A DNA stretch of 64,000 nucleotides, taken from positions 18,290,001-18,354,000 of the forward strand of contig JBHGNT010000017.1 in assembly GCA_043228905.1 (NCBI GenBank), in the 5' to 3' direction. The notes below the pieces were generated by a model that was given only the letters and a program-made list of their open reading frames with translations, made no database searches and was not told the origin of the DNA. The position numbers were made by a program, and so were the translations under genes. Positions 50,463 to 63,900 of this stretch are shown here, in pieces. How positions within the stretch are numbered: position 1 is the stretch's first letter; each line of letters starts with the position of its first letter. The DNA is from Azolla caroliniana (lineage: Eukaryota > Plantae > Polypodiophyta).

Positions 50463-53400
50463 TGTCGAGGTATTCCTCGCGGATGCGTGGAATGAGGCGG
50501 GACCTCGGGGGTCCTGTACCGAAGAGCAAGAGAGGAAGGAGAAGAGACCCTCTACGTGCGAGCGTAGATCCACAGGGACACGACCCTTCGACGCAAAGAC
50601 GCAAGTGGGACAGCGACACAGAAAGACACGAATGTATGTATGTATTAACAAAGACAAACAACAAAAAAAAGACGAAGTCGGTTACAACCGAACAGGCCGG
50701 CGAACAGATGCCGATGCCTGTTCGTAAACGCACAGAAGGAGAAGAGTAGGTTGGAGGTGTTGCCGGAAGCACTCGGGCATTCCTCAGAGCAGCGCGAGCC
50801 TCCCAAAAACCTACACAGAAAGCAACCACGGAGTTTGCGAGCCAGAGAGAGAGAGAAGCCTTCGCCCACAAACCGACAGCACTTCGTCCTCGACTCTCCG
50901 CGATCCCTTCCTCCTCCTCGTCTCCCTCCTTTTATAGGCCAGGAAGGAGCCGTTTCCCCTTTACTTCTTACCTACCGAATCTACCTGCCTAGGATCTCCT
51001 ATGTACAACGTAAGGCGCACGTGCATGAAGAGCCGGTTCCTACGCTCCGGTGCACCGATTCCGCTTGTGGACGGTTTTCTTCACGACATCCGCCCCCACC
51101 TAACCGCGCATCCACCGGCATGCGCCAAATTGAGTTGAGACGGAGAAAACCGGTCCAGCCTTTATTCCCCGCCCGTCGGTTCTTCTTCGGTTTCGGATTG
51201 TTCGTCGTCCTGGTCCAGGTTATCCGGATCCCGCTCGTCGTCGTGACGCTTCTTGAACGCTTTGACCCGCTTCCCAGCTACCGGTATCGCCATTCTCGTG
51301 CCGTCGAGTTCCGCCAGATGGTACGTCCCGTTGTCGTTGGCGCTTTGTACCACGTAAGGCCCGAACCACCTTCTTGCGAACTTCCGTGTCGCTCGGTGCT
51401 GGTTGTCGAGGCTGCTGTCGTAGATTAGCACCTTGTCGCCTTCCTCGATCTTCTTCAGTCGGAGCCGGTGCGTTCGGTCGAACCGGGCTTTGTTCCTCGT
51501 CCTTGCCACCCGAAGCTTTTTCGCAGCCTGCTCCACGTCCTCCGGTCTTCGCTCGAGCTGCCGTATGCGCGCCGTCAACAGTTCCTCCCGGCTCATCTCG
51601 TCTCTCCAGTCCACAGTTGCCCATGAGGAGATCGTACATTCCATCGGCATGATCGGCTTCTGCCCAAACATGAGCTCTGCCGGCATGAATCCGGTTACCG
51701 AACTGTGCGTAGTTCGGTCCACCCACAACGCATAAGGCAACAACCGCGGCCAGTTCCCGACTTGTCCTCCGCATGCCCGAACTAACGCCTTGACGATCGG
51801 TCCGTGTCCGCGCTCCACCTTCCCATTCACCTCCGGATTGTACGCAGTGGTAAGCGAGAGCTTGACTCCTAGCCGGTCGAACAGCTCCTCGGCCTCTTCG
51901 GCGTCCAACTCCCCGCGATCAGCCACGATCTTCCCGACGCACCCATACCGGCATATCACGTCCTCAATCAGGAACCGACATACGGTCGCGGTTGTTTTGT
52001 TCTGAAGGGCTCGGCCTTCCACCTGGTTTGTCAGATCTTCCCGAGCCAGGACTAGATACCGCATCTGTCCTACTCCCATCGGCATCATCACCAGATCTAC
52101 CATACATTTGAAGTGGATGGTCGGAGGGTACGTAGGGTGAAGCTCGTCCCGATGTCGGACTACGGAATGCATCTGGCAGCTCTCGCAAGTTGTCACGAAC
52201 CGATGCACGTCCCGGTACAGTCCCGGCCACCAGTACTTCCCCTTTATCTTCTCGAACGTGGCCCACGTTCCTCGGTGACCAGCCCAAGGGCTGTCGTGGT
52301 AGGCCGTCAGCAGCTCCTCCTGTTCTTCCTTCATCGCCATCACCCGGAGCGGGACGCCGTTCGTCTTCTTCGGGTGCTTCCATAAGTATCCGTCCCGGAG
52401 AAAGAATCGGTATGCTTTCTTCCGGATCCGGTTGGCCTCGTCTCTCGTCCATGACGCATCTGGCGTCATTGTCCTCAAAAACCCACCGATCTATAGCCAC
52501 TCGCCGTCGTACTTGCTCTCGTCGAAGTCGTTAAGTGCCGGCGTGCTCGTCCCATCGGTCGTCACGTACGCCGCCTCGAAGAAGTCCACGCCGACTTCTT
52601 CGTCCTCCGAAACCATGCCGCCCTCGTCATCAAACCTCGCCCTCGAAAGCATGTCGGCCATGGCGTTGTCCTTTCCGGAAATGTGCCATATTTCCGGATC
52701 CAGGGACTTGATGTACGCTATCCACCTGAGCATCGCCAGGTCCGGTGTCGCGCATCCGGAAACCATGCCGAGAATTGGTAGGCAATCTGTCTCGATAATC
52801 ACTTCCGTCCCGATCAGGTAGTCTTTGTCGGCCTTTACTACCGAAACGATACCCCAGAGTTCGCGTTTAACATGGGCGTACCCTCGTTGTCGCTCACTGA
52901 GGACCTTCGCGCCGAATCGGATCGGGAACCGAATGCCGTCCTTGTCTTCTTGGTTGACGACCCATCCGACCCCGGTCGGACTCGTATCCACCGGGGTACC
53001 CTTCTCGTAGACAGCCTTCCGGAGCGCCGGTGCTGCCGCAAGAGCTTCCTTCAGCTTCCGGACCGACTCCGTGTGCTCGTCTCGCCACTCGAATTTTCGC
53101 CCTTTCTTCAGCAACCCGTATAGCGGCACCGCAACGTGGGCGTAATGCGGGATCCATATGTGGTAGAATGCGCATGCCCCCAGGAACCTCCGAACTTCCG
53201 TAACCGAGCTACAGTCGGTCTTCATTGCGGAGATGGCTTCTGCCTTTGTCGGAGACGGCTTCTGGCCATATGGTCCACATAGGTGTCCAACCACCAGAAT
53301 TTCTGATTGCCCGAAGGCCGATTTCTCCCCCGAGAAGGTGTGCCTCGCATCCTCTAGCCTTTGTAGCACCTTCTCGCAGTCGTCGATGTGTGTTGCCACG

Positions 53401-56400
53401 AATCGCCGGCATCCGTCCGGCCCGACTGTCTCGTTCTTCTCTTCCACCGGGCACCCCTTGATCGGGATGTCGTCTAGAAACGGCATGGTGATGTCCGGGA
53501 TGCAATCCCTCAGTACCTTGTTCATTGCATTCATCATGTGGGCCACCGAGTTGGTCCCTCCTTGTGGCAGGGTACACATTCGCACTAGGCCGAGGGGAGT
53601 CCGCATCGTCGTAATGTCTCTGCTCTCCACGGCTAGCTGGAACTGGTCGTACCCCGAGTACAGATCACCGGCCGAGTAAATCGACCTTCCGGCGAAGGCC
53701 TCCGCGAACTCGTCTATGGTCGGTCCGATTCCTGCGTTCCGAATGGTCACTCTGTTGACCGGCTGCAGGTCCTGAATGAAGCGCAATGTTCCGTTTTTCT
53801 TTGGTACGGTAAACCATCAGTTCGAGTATGGCGCGCTCGACGGTTCGAGAATACCCATATCGACTTCCGAGCATTCTCCGAATCCGGTCTTCCTCCGCCG
53901 GTAGTAGGAACCCGCCCCCACCGATCTTGAGCTCCCGGAGCGTCCCGTCGATGAAGGTGTGTCCTATGCAGGCCGGATCTCGTAAACTGGGGTCCGACGC
54001 AACCCCTCTGATTCGGGACTCGCTGCCCTCCGGTAAGGGTGCCGCGACTGGCCTTACCTTCCGGTCCACAGTCTTGTACTTCGTGCTAACCCGGGCTGTC
54101 CGATCTGACCCGAGCCCCTGACTGAAGTCCGCGATGACTCCGTACATCTCTTCGGAACATACCGGTATCGTCTGGTCTTCGTTAAGGTCTTCTCCGACTA
54201 CCTTCCTCAGCATCCCCAGGGTGTCGTCGAAGGAGACCGCCTCCACGGCCCCGCTGATTTCCTCGTCTGGGCCGAGAACTCCGCACGCTCGAAGTCGCTC
54301 CTCCGCCCTTGCCCTTTCTCGGCCAACGATGCCGGCTATCATACACCCTCCGTTGTTGGAGAAGCAGAATTTTCTACCTATCGCACAAGGTTTCTTCGGT
54401 TTCGGTTCTATCGTACAGTTGTGGGGTCTTTCCCGAGTGTCCGGGCTGTCTCGGCCCCACGCCTTGGCAGCCCTCTCTAAAAATCCTCCCGGTTCTCGCC
54501 ACCGAGGGATTCGCGGTTTCGCTCGTGGTTCGGCCGCACTGTCAGAAATTGGACCGAATGGCGCCCGTCCTGGCTTTTGACCCTTGCGTAGGCTGAACCG
54601 TTGTCTAGCACCTTGGTCTCCATTCGCGCCGCCGTGATGTATGGTTCCCCTAATATGACCGGGTGCGAGGACGTCTCCTGTACGAAGAAGTGCTGGTCAA
54701 TCTCGACGTCGCCAATCTTGACTCGCACGTTCGGGCAGGCCCCGTGCAGTTCCTCGGTGGCGCGCGTCGCCACCCATATCTTCCACCCGTGCTTGGTGTT
54801 GATCGGCCACTTTCCCTTCTTATAGAAGTCCATGGACATCAGGTTTATTTCCGAACCGTGGTCCACCAATGCCACCACCGGTTCCTGAACATCTCCGATC
54901 TTTACCGGGGTCTCCGTGGTCGCTCGGGCCCAGTGCGGCTTTGAATAGTGGCTCTCCGCCCACTCATCTTCCAGCGCCATGTCGTCGATGTGCGTCGTCC
55001 GCACCTCCACCGGTCTTTCCGGTTCCGTCTCCGTCGACAGCCTCTTCCGTTTCACCAGGTCCACAATGGAGTCGTGGAACTCCTTCTTGGCGATCCCTAG
55101 CACCTCTCGCAATGACAGCTCCACTTTGCTGTCGAGGATCCGTTCTTCTAGGACCTTTCGTAGGTCCGTAGTCCTTTCTATTTCCGTCCCCAGTCGGTAT
55201 CCGCCCTTCCTGGGGTTATCTTGCGGGCTGGACCCACTGGCATCGTTCCGTCGTTGCCCGAATCGGGTCTCGTACTGTTGTGAGGGCCCGACCGCTCCGG
55301 CTTTCCCCACCCGTTTGTCTTCAACCAGAGCCTCGTAGTTCCGGCAGGCGGCTTCTACAAAGCCTGTCTTCTCCTCGACCGGATCGCTCCACCGGGTTAT
55401 TTCCCGGACACGTCTCTCAGCGCGGTCTGTTTCATCTTTCCTTAGCCGTGCGCCGGCAAGACCTTCCAGCATTGCCGACCAGAATCCGTCTTTGCCCTCC
55501 TTTCGGGCCTCCCTGCCCCCGACCCGAATGCCGGCCGACGCCGAGTAGTGGATGGCCTCCACGTGTCGGGCCGCTGCCTCTTCCATCAGTCTCTTCATTC
55601 CTCCTCGCCGTCGTTTCGGTTCAGGGCCCTCCTGGTGTCGCCGGCGTGCACCCGGCCTTCCCACAGGTACACCACCCGGTTCCTCAACGCCTCTGCGAAA
55701 TCGCAGAAGTCCTTCCGAATGTGGCCGACCTCGTCGCACCACATGCACCTGTTCCCCGCTGCCGGCCGTCGGTCACGAGCCGGTTCGCTGCCTTCCCTTC
55801 GAGTCTGGGCGATCTGGAGATCCTTTATCGCTTGCGTCAACTCCTCCAACGTTGCTCCTCCGGACGAGCCATTGACCATGCCGGTCGAAGCCGGACCGGT
55901 TTCGAGCCATTCCCGGGTTTCTTCCCTTCGCACTTGCGGTGCCGGTTCAAGCCTCCTTGCTGTGACAGAGCCCGCACCGGCCGCCCCGTTGTCAGCCCAT
56001 TCTCGCCGTTTGTCGAAACGGCCACAGACTCTCTTAACCGCAGCCCAGTCGGTTGTCAGCCCGTCTTCGGTTTCCAGCAAGGAGCCGACTTGATCCCTGT
56101 CCCGCTCGTCCACCGACTTGACGAACAGTAGGACCTGGCTCGTATCCAGAACGGTTCGGTCAAGCGCCGAAAGGCGCGCAAAGCGTTCTTCGAACTCCCG
56201 GAGGAGTGCCGACGTGTTTCTTCCCTTGCCGGGGGACTCCACCCATTCCATGAAGTCCCGCTTCGAAAGCCGGAGCGCATCGTCCAGCCCGTATTTTTCT
56301 AGGAGTCGGCCTCCGAACTCCTCCCAGGTACGGCTCTCCGCCCGCACCTCGAGCACCTCCGCATGGATGCTCGGCATCGCCACTCGAGGAAACCCGGCAA

Positions 56401-57271
56401 GACGCCTCTCTTCCGGAATGTCCCGCATCAGCATTTCTGCCCCGTAGGACACCAAATACTTCGTGGCATCCTTTCCGCTGAACCGGCCGATCGTACCGAC
56501 GACCGCCTCAATGGCTCTGTCGAGGGCACCGGTGCCCTTGCGTGCACTCAATATCCGATCCACGGCCGAAGCCATGGCCTCTGCAAGATCCGACCCTTTC
56601 ATCTTCTGCTCTTCTGCCGCCTCCTTCACGTCGGGTTCACCAAGATGTTGAGGTATTCCTCGCGGATGCGTGGAATGAGGCGGGACCTCGGGGGTCCTGT
56701 ACTGAAGAGCAAGAGAGGAAGGAGAAGAGACCCTCTACGTGCGAGCGTAGATCCACAGGGACACGGCCCTTCGACGCAAAGACGCAAGTGGGACAACGAC
56801 ACAGAAAGACACGAATGTATGTATGTATTAACAAAGACAAACAACAAAAAAAACACGAAGTCGGTTACAACCGAACAGGCCGGCGAACAGATGCCGATGC
56901 CTGTTCGTAAACGCACAGAAGGAGAAGAGTAGGTTGGAGGTGCTGCCGGAAGCACTCGGGCATTCCTCAGAGCAGCGCGAGCCTCCCGAAAACCTGCACA
57001 AAAAGCAGCCACGGAGTTTGCGAGCCAGAGAGAGAGAGAAGCCTTCGCCCACAAACCGACAGCACTTCGTCCTCGACTCTCCGCGATCCCTTCCTCCTCC
57101 TCGTCTCCCTCCTTTTATAGGCCAGGAAGGAGCCGTTTCCCCTTTACTTCTTACCTATCGAATCTACCTGCCTAGGATCTCCTATGTACAACGTAAGGCG
57201 CACGTGCATGAAGAGCCGGTTCCTACACTCCGGTGCACCAATTCCGCTTGGGGACGGTTTTCTTCACGACA
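50463..57271 (-). mobile_element. Near-complete non-chromodomain Ty3/gypsy element E; LTRs 56646-57271 (5') and 50463-51088 (3'); 4-bp TSD CCGT
   Basis: 626-bp LTRs with about 14 differences; PPT GGTGGGGGCGGA at 51100-51089; gag knuckle CMWCDEVGH; protease LVDHGSE; RT DLYSGYDQ, LPQGGTNS and FLDD; RH ADMLSR; integrase H-H-CxxC, ADRGE, NGKVERGH and WFGPY; deletion near 53860. Confidence 0.95.
56625..56642 (-). promoter_or_regulatory. Primer-binding site complementary to the 3' end of plant cytosolic tRNA-Trp
   Basis: TGGTGAACCCGACGTGAA, 3 nt after the 5' LTR; its complement TTCACGTCGGGTTCA-CCA matches the 3' end of plant tRNA-Trp(CCA) as I recall it. Confidence 0.8.
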
Positions 57272-59561
57272 CCGTGTCAAAGGCCCACCAGGAAACCGTC
57301 GAAGAGGAGGAAGAAGAAACCCTCCAGCATCGGCCGAGGCAACGTGAATGAATACGAGCAGCATGGGGAAGGATCGGGTCCGGGAAAGGACAATACACCG
57401 ATTCCCTGCTCAACAGTGGTGGAGCCAAGATCGAAGACAGAGATAGTAGAAAGTCCAGAAGCGGTGAGCATGGTTCAACATGAACCGGAAAAGGAATGAA
57501 ATACATCACCGGGTCTTTAGACGTAGGTACATAATGAAGAGCGCCAACTGGAATGGACACCAGAACAAGAAGAGTCGGTTACACCGAGGTTCGGAGAGGA
57601 GCAAGGATGGATGTCGGAGCCAAAGGAGTAGTTCGATGCACTCACACAACACGGAACCTATCGGCAATGGTTGGAGTGGATTGGAAAGCAAGTTTCCAGT
57701 GTGGCTGACTGGATGGAAGCAAAACGAAGGCAAGGGCCAGAACAGGCCGAACGGTTGTTGGTGGCAACCGAGGAATTAGAAAAGGCTCGGAACTAGAGCC
57801 GGAGTTTAGAGGAGTTGGCCAGGACCAAGGAATTAGCTAAAATTATGGCAAACATTGGCCAGGGCACAAGTACAAAAACAGAGCCGGTAGAACCAGAAAA
57901 TATACAAAAGGAAGCTCCGGAAAAAGAAGCAGAACCGGAGGAGAGCACAACCCTGATAAAAGAATGTGAGCGGGAAAGGGAAATGCAAACGCTAAAAGAC
58001 GAATTGGTCGCTCAAGAGGCACTAAGGGAGAGAGAGAGAGAGAACTGAGGAAGATAGCCAAGGAGGAGAAGAGGAGAACTGAAGAGAGTCTCCAAAAGAT
58101 TCAAGGGAGTTACGACCGGTTGAAGGAGGAAAAAGAAAGTATGTTGCAAGAAAAAGACAAGCTCCGATGAATGGCATAAATAGAGATAGAGCGCCTAAAG
58201 GAAGAAATCCGACAACAAAAGGTTCGAGATGATCGGTTGCGATCACAAGTCAACCAACGCCTAAAGCAAAAAACGAAGGACTTCGAGAAGTTGTATCATG
58301 ACCATAAGCAACAGGAGATGGAACATAAGAAGTTGGGGATGGATTATGACCGGCAGCAATCGAAGCTCAGGGAAGCCCGAACGGATTTGAAAGAGAAGAC
58401 GGAGGTGTTGGCAGATCAAGGAAAGATGAAGGCAGGGGCAATGACAAAGGTGTTGGAGGAAGCGTCGAAAGAAATAATGGAGCTCACATCGCAAAACTAC
58501 CAGGAAGTGGAACGGTCGAAGATGGTTTTGGACAAGGTACAAACAACCTACCAAACCAAACTGATGGAGTATGAAGTGCAAGCAACTGCTGCGGAAAACC
58601 TCATCAATCAGCTCAAGAACAAAAAATAGGCCATGGAAGACAAGACTAAACTGGGCATCAAAAGAATCTAGATGATCGTCGCAACGTGGAGGGACCGAAC
58701 AAAGATAAAGATAGACAATTGTGTAGTGACGGTATGGAATGAATGGTCCAGACAAGCGGCGGAACTCCAACTGCTCCGGGCAGATGCTGAAAACCGAAAG
58801 AAGGCCGGCAACAACTTCTACAAAATGGATGAAGTATTGTTACCATTCGGGAAGAATTGTCGGATGATTTTTTCCCCTTTGCCGAAACTCAAATAGAGGT
58901 TGTCCAGAAACTCCTCAACAGGCTTGAAGATGATCGACTCAACATGCAATTGCAATTCGAGAGCTATGAGCGAGAGCGACAACGGAAGGGGGTTACAAAG
59001 TGAGTGGAGCAAATTAGCATTAGTGATGAGGAGCAATCGACAGAGCCACAACCGCATCCGGATCAACAAACTGGAAGGAGCCAGAAATCAACAACCAGAG
59101 GCAGCCGGAGCGGAGCAACAATAATAGGAGATAGAGAAGGAACCGCTCGAACCCTTGGATCAAATTATATTGGACATACTCGACGAAGATTGATGGAGCT
59201 AACCCGTGGGTTTGACGTGCAATGCATTGTCCCACAGGCGTGCCATGTGTTGGTCTAGAGTATGATCCGAACAAGTAATATGGATGGGGACGAGTCAAAA
59301 TATAATATTAGATTAGTAACATAATTATTGGTTAAGTAATATTATAGGAACGGACGGTATCACGGAAATCCGCGCCTGCGGGTTGGTTGAACGAGACCAC
59401 TGGGGTCTTTGACCAAGGAGGATGAATCGGGTGACTTGTCCTTGTAAGGAATCGATCGTTGTTTAGGCTTACAATCGAGTCGTTCTTGTTGTCGAAGACG
59501 CTTGTGTGGGTTGACTGAGAGAGAGAGAGAGATTAAGAAAATATTTACCGCACCACAAAGA

Positions 59562-60907
59562 TGTCGTGAAGCACGTGACACATGTGCCAAACATCGCGAT
59601 GCGCGCAAACAAGCACCGGCCTCTATCCGCAAGTGGTGATGGACGATCGAAAGGATTGTTTAAGACAATGAAGCGGAACTGTCAGTGTTCTGGACCGGAA
59701 GGACTAGCGCAAGCGAGAAAGTATTAAAGATAGATGGTAGATAGATAGATACGAACGAGAATTCCAATTCCCGATTTGAACCTTTGACTTCAAAATTGTG
59801 AGACAAGACACATTGCCAATGAGACAACTATTAATATGCTATTGATTTCATACATTGCTTGATTTCCTTTCCTTCTTATATAGATGCCCCCATGCATATG
59901 AAACGCATGCAATGCATGATTGGCATTTGGCATTCATGCATCACATGCGATGCATGATGACCATGTCCCTCATTCAAGCTCTCATGTATGAGCAGTGACA
60001 TGTGAAAAGTATGATGAAGAAAATAAACTTTAAAGAAAAAAACCTAGCCTAATGGTATGTCAATTGCTTCCTATCCTATATGTGTAAGGTTCAAAACTTT
60101 ACTTGCACCTCGTTTTATGCCACTAGGCCCTAGACTTATTTTTTTTATATTTTGTGTAATGAACACCTAAACACACATCACACATGCACATTAACGTGCT
60201 AACATACATGTGTAACCATCACTCCTTTCATACGTGTGCACATTGCACCTCCTCGATTTTCCTCGTTCCACACGATTTTCACACTGTTGTCGAAAATCTT
60301 CATGACATCCACCCCCACCAAACCGCACATCCTCTGGTACGTGCCAAGAAGTGAGTGTGAGATTTTGGTTATGGTGATTAATCAATTTCCTCCAAATCCT
60401 CATTGACCTTGCTCACGTTTGTGGGTCCCATTGTAGTATCTTCATTGTTGAGGTCATCGAGGTTAGGACCCTCATCTTGTCTTTTCTTGAATATCTTTAC
60501 TCTTTTCCCCGCAATGGGTATGGCCAGCCTTGATCTGTCTAGCTCCGCAAGGTGATAGGTGGCATTGCCGTTGGCACTCATCACCACATACGGTTCGAAC
60601 CACCTTCTTGCGAACTTCCTTGTCATCCTGTGTTGGTTGTCAAGGTTGTTGTCATAGACCAATACCCAATCTCCTTCTTCGATCTTCTTGGGACGTAGTC
60701 GGTGTGTCTTATCGAACCGAATCTTATTCTTCACTCGGGTTGTCTCCATTATCTTTCGCGCGTTCTCTAGATCTTCGGGTCTTCTTTCGAGCTACCTTAT
60801 CCGTGCTGCCAATAATTCTTCCCGGCTCATCTCGTTCTCCCATGGTATTGCTACCCATGAGGCGATCGTCCTCTCGATGGGCATTACTGGTTTCTATCCA
60901 TACATGA
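59562..60907 (-). mobile_element. 3' end (integrase C-terminus, PPT, LTR ending at 60307) of another E-family element, interrupted by copia H
   Basis: RFDKTHRLRPKKIEEGDWVLVYD..RKFARRWFEPY closely matches E integrase; PPT GGTGGGGGTGGA at 60319-60308; LTR left boundary uncertain (59562 or 59797). Confidence 0.75.
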
Positions 60908-63900
60908 TGTAAAAAGTAGCATGCGGAAGCAAGTATGAAGACCGAACAGAAGGAAGAACACTCAGGTTTAATGGAGAGCTTGAGCTTACGCAGTATACTC
61001 GGGAGAGACAGAGTCAAAGAGAGAGAGAGAACACAAGAACTATATTCAACAAAAAAACAATCTCTATTCACCACACTCTATACATATGTGTGTTCAATGA
61101 ACACTTTTATACAAGTCCTAGAAGGACTGACAGAAGTATTGGCAGTACTTCAATGCTCATTTAGAGCTCCTACACTAACTCCCAAATATATTCCTCACGG
61201 AATATCTTTCTTAACGACCTCCCGGTTTACGCACTCGGCCTAACTGATCGGTCCCAACCGATCCGGTCCTCGGCTTCTTCAGCCGATCCGGCCGATGTTG
61301 AGCTTGTCTCTCAACACTCCCCCTCAAGCTCAACTCGAGGCTCTTCGGGATCCTCGGGCTCACAGCTCCGGTTCCTCCTGGCTTCACGCCTCGCTCGCGC
61401 TCCTCGACCTGTTCAACTCCGTGCGCTTCGACCCTTCCAGTCGGCTTGTCTGCTCATGCGGCCCTTATCAGCTCTTCTGCTGTTGAGGTGTTGACGCTTC
61501 TCCTGCTGCCTTTTCTTCCGCTTGGGCCTCGGTTGATTCAGCGTATCTGAATCAAACATCCGAACCGACTCGGCTACCTCCTATCGGTTTTCGCTCTCGT
61601 CCGAGTTGGCTGTCTCCAACTCGTCTTCGGTCTTCTCGCCCTCGATGGCGTCATCTCCCCCATGCGTGGTTGGCTTCGGCTCTCTCCTTCAGCTGCTCCC
61701 CTTCTGTCCGCTTCCGAACTTTTCCGCGAGTCCGCCCTCGGCTTCTTCAGCCGATCCGAAGTCGAACTCGACAACCGAGTCAACAAACTCGGTGTCACGG
61801 TCTCCGCTCCTTTCCTGCTGCCTTGCTTGGTCGTTCGGGACTGTTCTCCCCCTCAAGTTTGGCACGTCAAGGTGACGCAACCCGAGCGCACCGGAGAATT
61901 GCCGCAACTTGTCCAGACCAAGAGGCTTAGTGAAGATGTCGGCAGTCTGCCGATCCGTCGGCACGTACTAAAGTTTGACTTCACCGGAAAGGACACGCTC
62001 ACAGAAGAAATGGTAATGCACCTCAATGTGCTTGGTCTGTGCGTGGAAAACGGGGTTTTTCACGAGCTGGATGCTGCTGAGGTTGTCGTAGTAGATCGTC
62101 GTTGGATCTGACACCTCCTCTTGCAGGTCCGTAAGTAGCCGCTTCAACCATATGGCTTCGCATGTCGCGACAGCCGCTCCTTGGTACTCAGCTTCGGTGC
62201 TCGACAGTGCAACTGTCGGCTGCTTCTTACTGCTCCACGTGATCACGGCACTCCCGAGGGAGAACGCGTATCCAAACGTGGATCGGCGATCGGCGGCGTT
62301 GCCAGCCCAATCAACATCGGTGTAGCCGACTAACTGCGCGGCTGCACCAGTCCGATATAGCAGTCCGCGGTCCTTAGTGCCGCTTATGTACCGAAGTACG
62401 CGTTGCGCACACTGAAGGTGCTCCTCGGTAGGTCGCGCCATGAACTGACTGATCACCCCGACCGGATAACTGAGGTCGGGTCGGGTGATGGTCAAGTATA
62501 TGAGGCTTCCGACAATTTGTCGAAACCTCGTCGGGTCGCATACCTTTCCCGTATCGGGACGAAGCTTGACGGTTCTGTCCAGAGGAGTCGAGACGGACTT
62601 ACAGTCGGCCATCCCGAGTTTGAAGAGCATACCTAGCACGTAATGACGTTGGCTAATCAGTATGCCTTCAGGGGTACGGATCACTTCGATCCCGAGGAAG
62701 TAATAAAGGTCCCCCAGATCCTTCATGTCGAAGATGCCGCAAGCTGGAGCTTCACGCGGTCGATTTCACCTAGGTCGACGCCGGTGATGACCAAGTCATC
62801 AACATATAGTAAAATACTAACCGGTCCGAGTCGACCTTTCCGGATGAACAAGGAAGAGTCCGATTTTGTTGTGACGAAGCCCATCCGACGCAGTTGTTGC
62901 GTGATCTTCGCGTTCCAGGCACGCGGGGCTTGCTTCAGTCCGTAAAGGGACTTCTTTAGTCGGCATACTGCCGAGGAGTTCGTTCCGGAGTGAAATCCGG
63001 GGGGCTGTACCATGTACACCTGTTCCTCAAGGTCACCTTGCAAGAACGCATTCTTTACATCCATCTGATGTAAGTGCCACCCCTTCGCCGCAGCTACTGT
63101 GAGCAAAACACGGACGATCGTCATTTTCGCGACCGACGCAAACGTCTCATCGTAGTCGATACCGTGTTTCTGCGCGTAGCCCTTTGCCACTAGCCGAACC
63201 TACACCCGATCGGTTTTACCCCTGTTGGTGCGTCAACTAGGTCCCAGGTCTCGTTCTCTGCCAATGTGTGCATCTCTTCCTCCATTGCGGCACGCCAATT
63301 CGCGTCTTTAGCCGCTTCTGCGTAGCTCTCCGGCTCACTTACTTCCGCTACACGGGTCATGTACGCATAATGATGCGCCATGTACTCGTTGTATCCGAAT
63401 CGCAAAACAGGATTCTTCTGGCGGGTAGATCGGCGTAATCTCGCATTAGCCGATGTCGAGGCCTTCTCGGTCGACGCGGTCTTCACCTTTAAAGACCCGT
63501 CACCGGTTCCCTCGGAGTCGGACTCGCGTCGGTCTGACTCGTTCCTATCCATGCCGGAATCCGACACCTTCTTCTTCCCTTTATCTTTGCGTGTAAGCCG
63601 TCTCCTCGGCTTCCTGCGCGGGAAATGCACGGCCGAGTCTCCACTACTCGCCGACTCTTCATCGAACTGGTCGTACCGACTCAATCGTCCAATCGGTCCA
63701 CTTAACCGGAGTGAAATCGGACTCTCTTCACGGGTCTCGATTTTGGGCTCATCCGGAGGCATCTCGGCCTCACTGACCTCATCGTCAGAGCTCGGATTGG
63801 GGGCAGGGTTTGGAGTTGGGGGCAGGTACCAGGACGCGGACTCGTCAAACACAACATCACGGCTGACACGCGCTTGTTTGGTGCGAGGGTTATAGCACTT

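Larger units (their letters stand above)
49936..59124 (+). pseudogene. Degenerate long ORF of unknown function (probably a TE accessory ORF), split by element E; coiled-coil-like C-terminal half at 57272-59124
   Basis: 49936-50462 encodes PKNRAGFIIATFEGLKVDWSVIVANSL; the frame continues across the CCGT TSD (PPQP|VSKAHQETVEEEEEE); E/K/Q-rich ORF pieces follow at 57815-59124. Confidence 0.5.

Noticed and set aside
51220-56450. Many long alternative-frame and antisense ORFs in E (likewise in C and H)
   Set aside because: Expected shadows of GC-rich coding sequence; no independent motifs.
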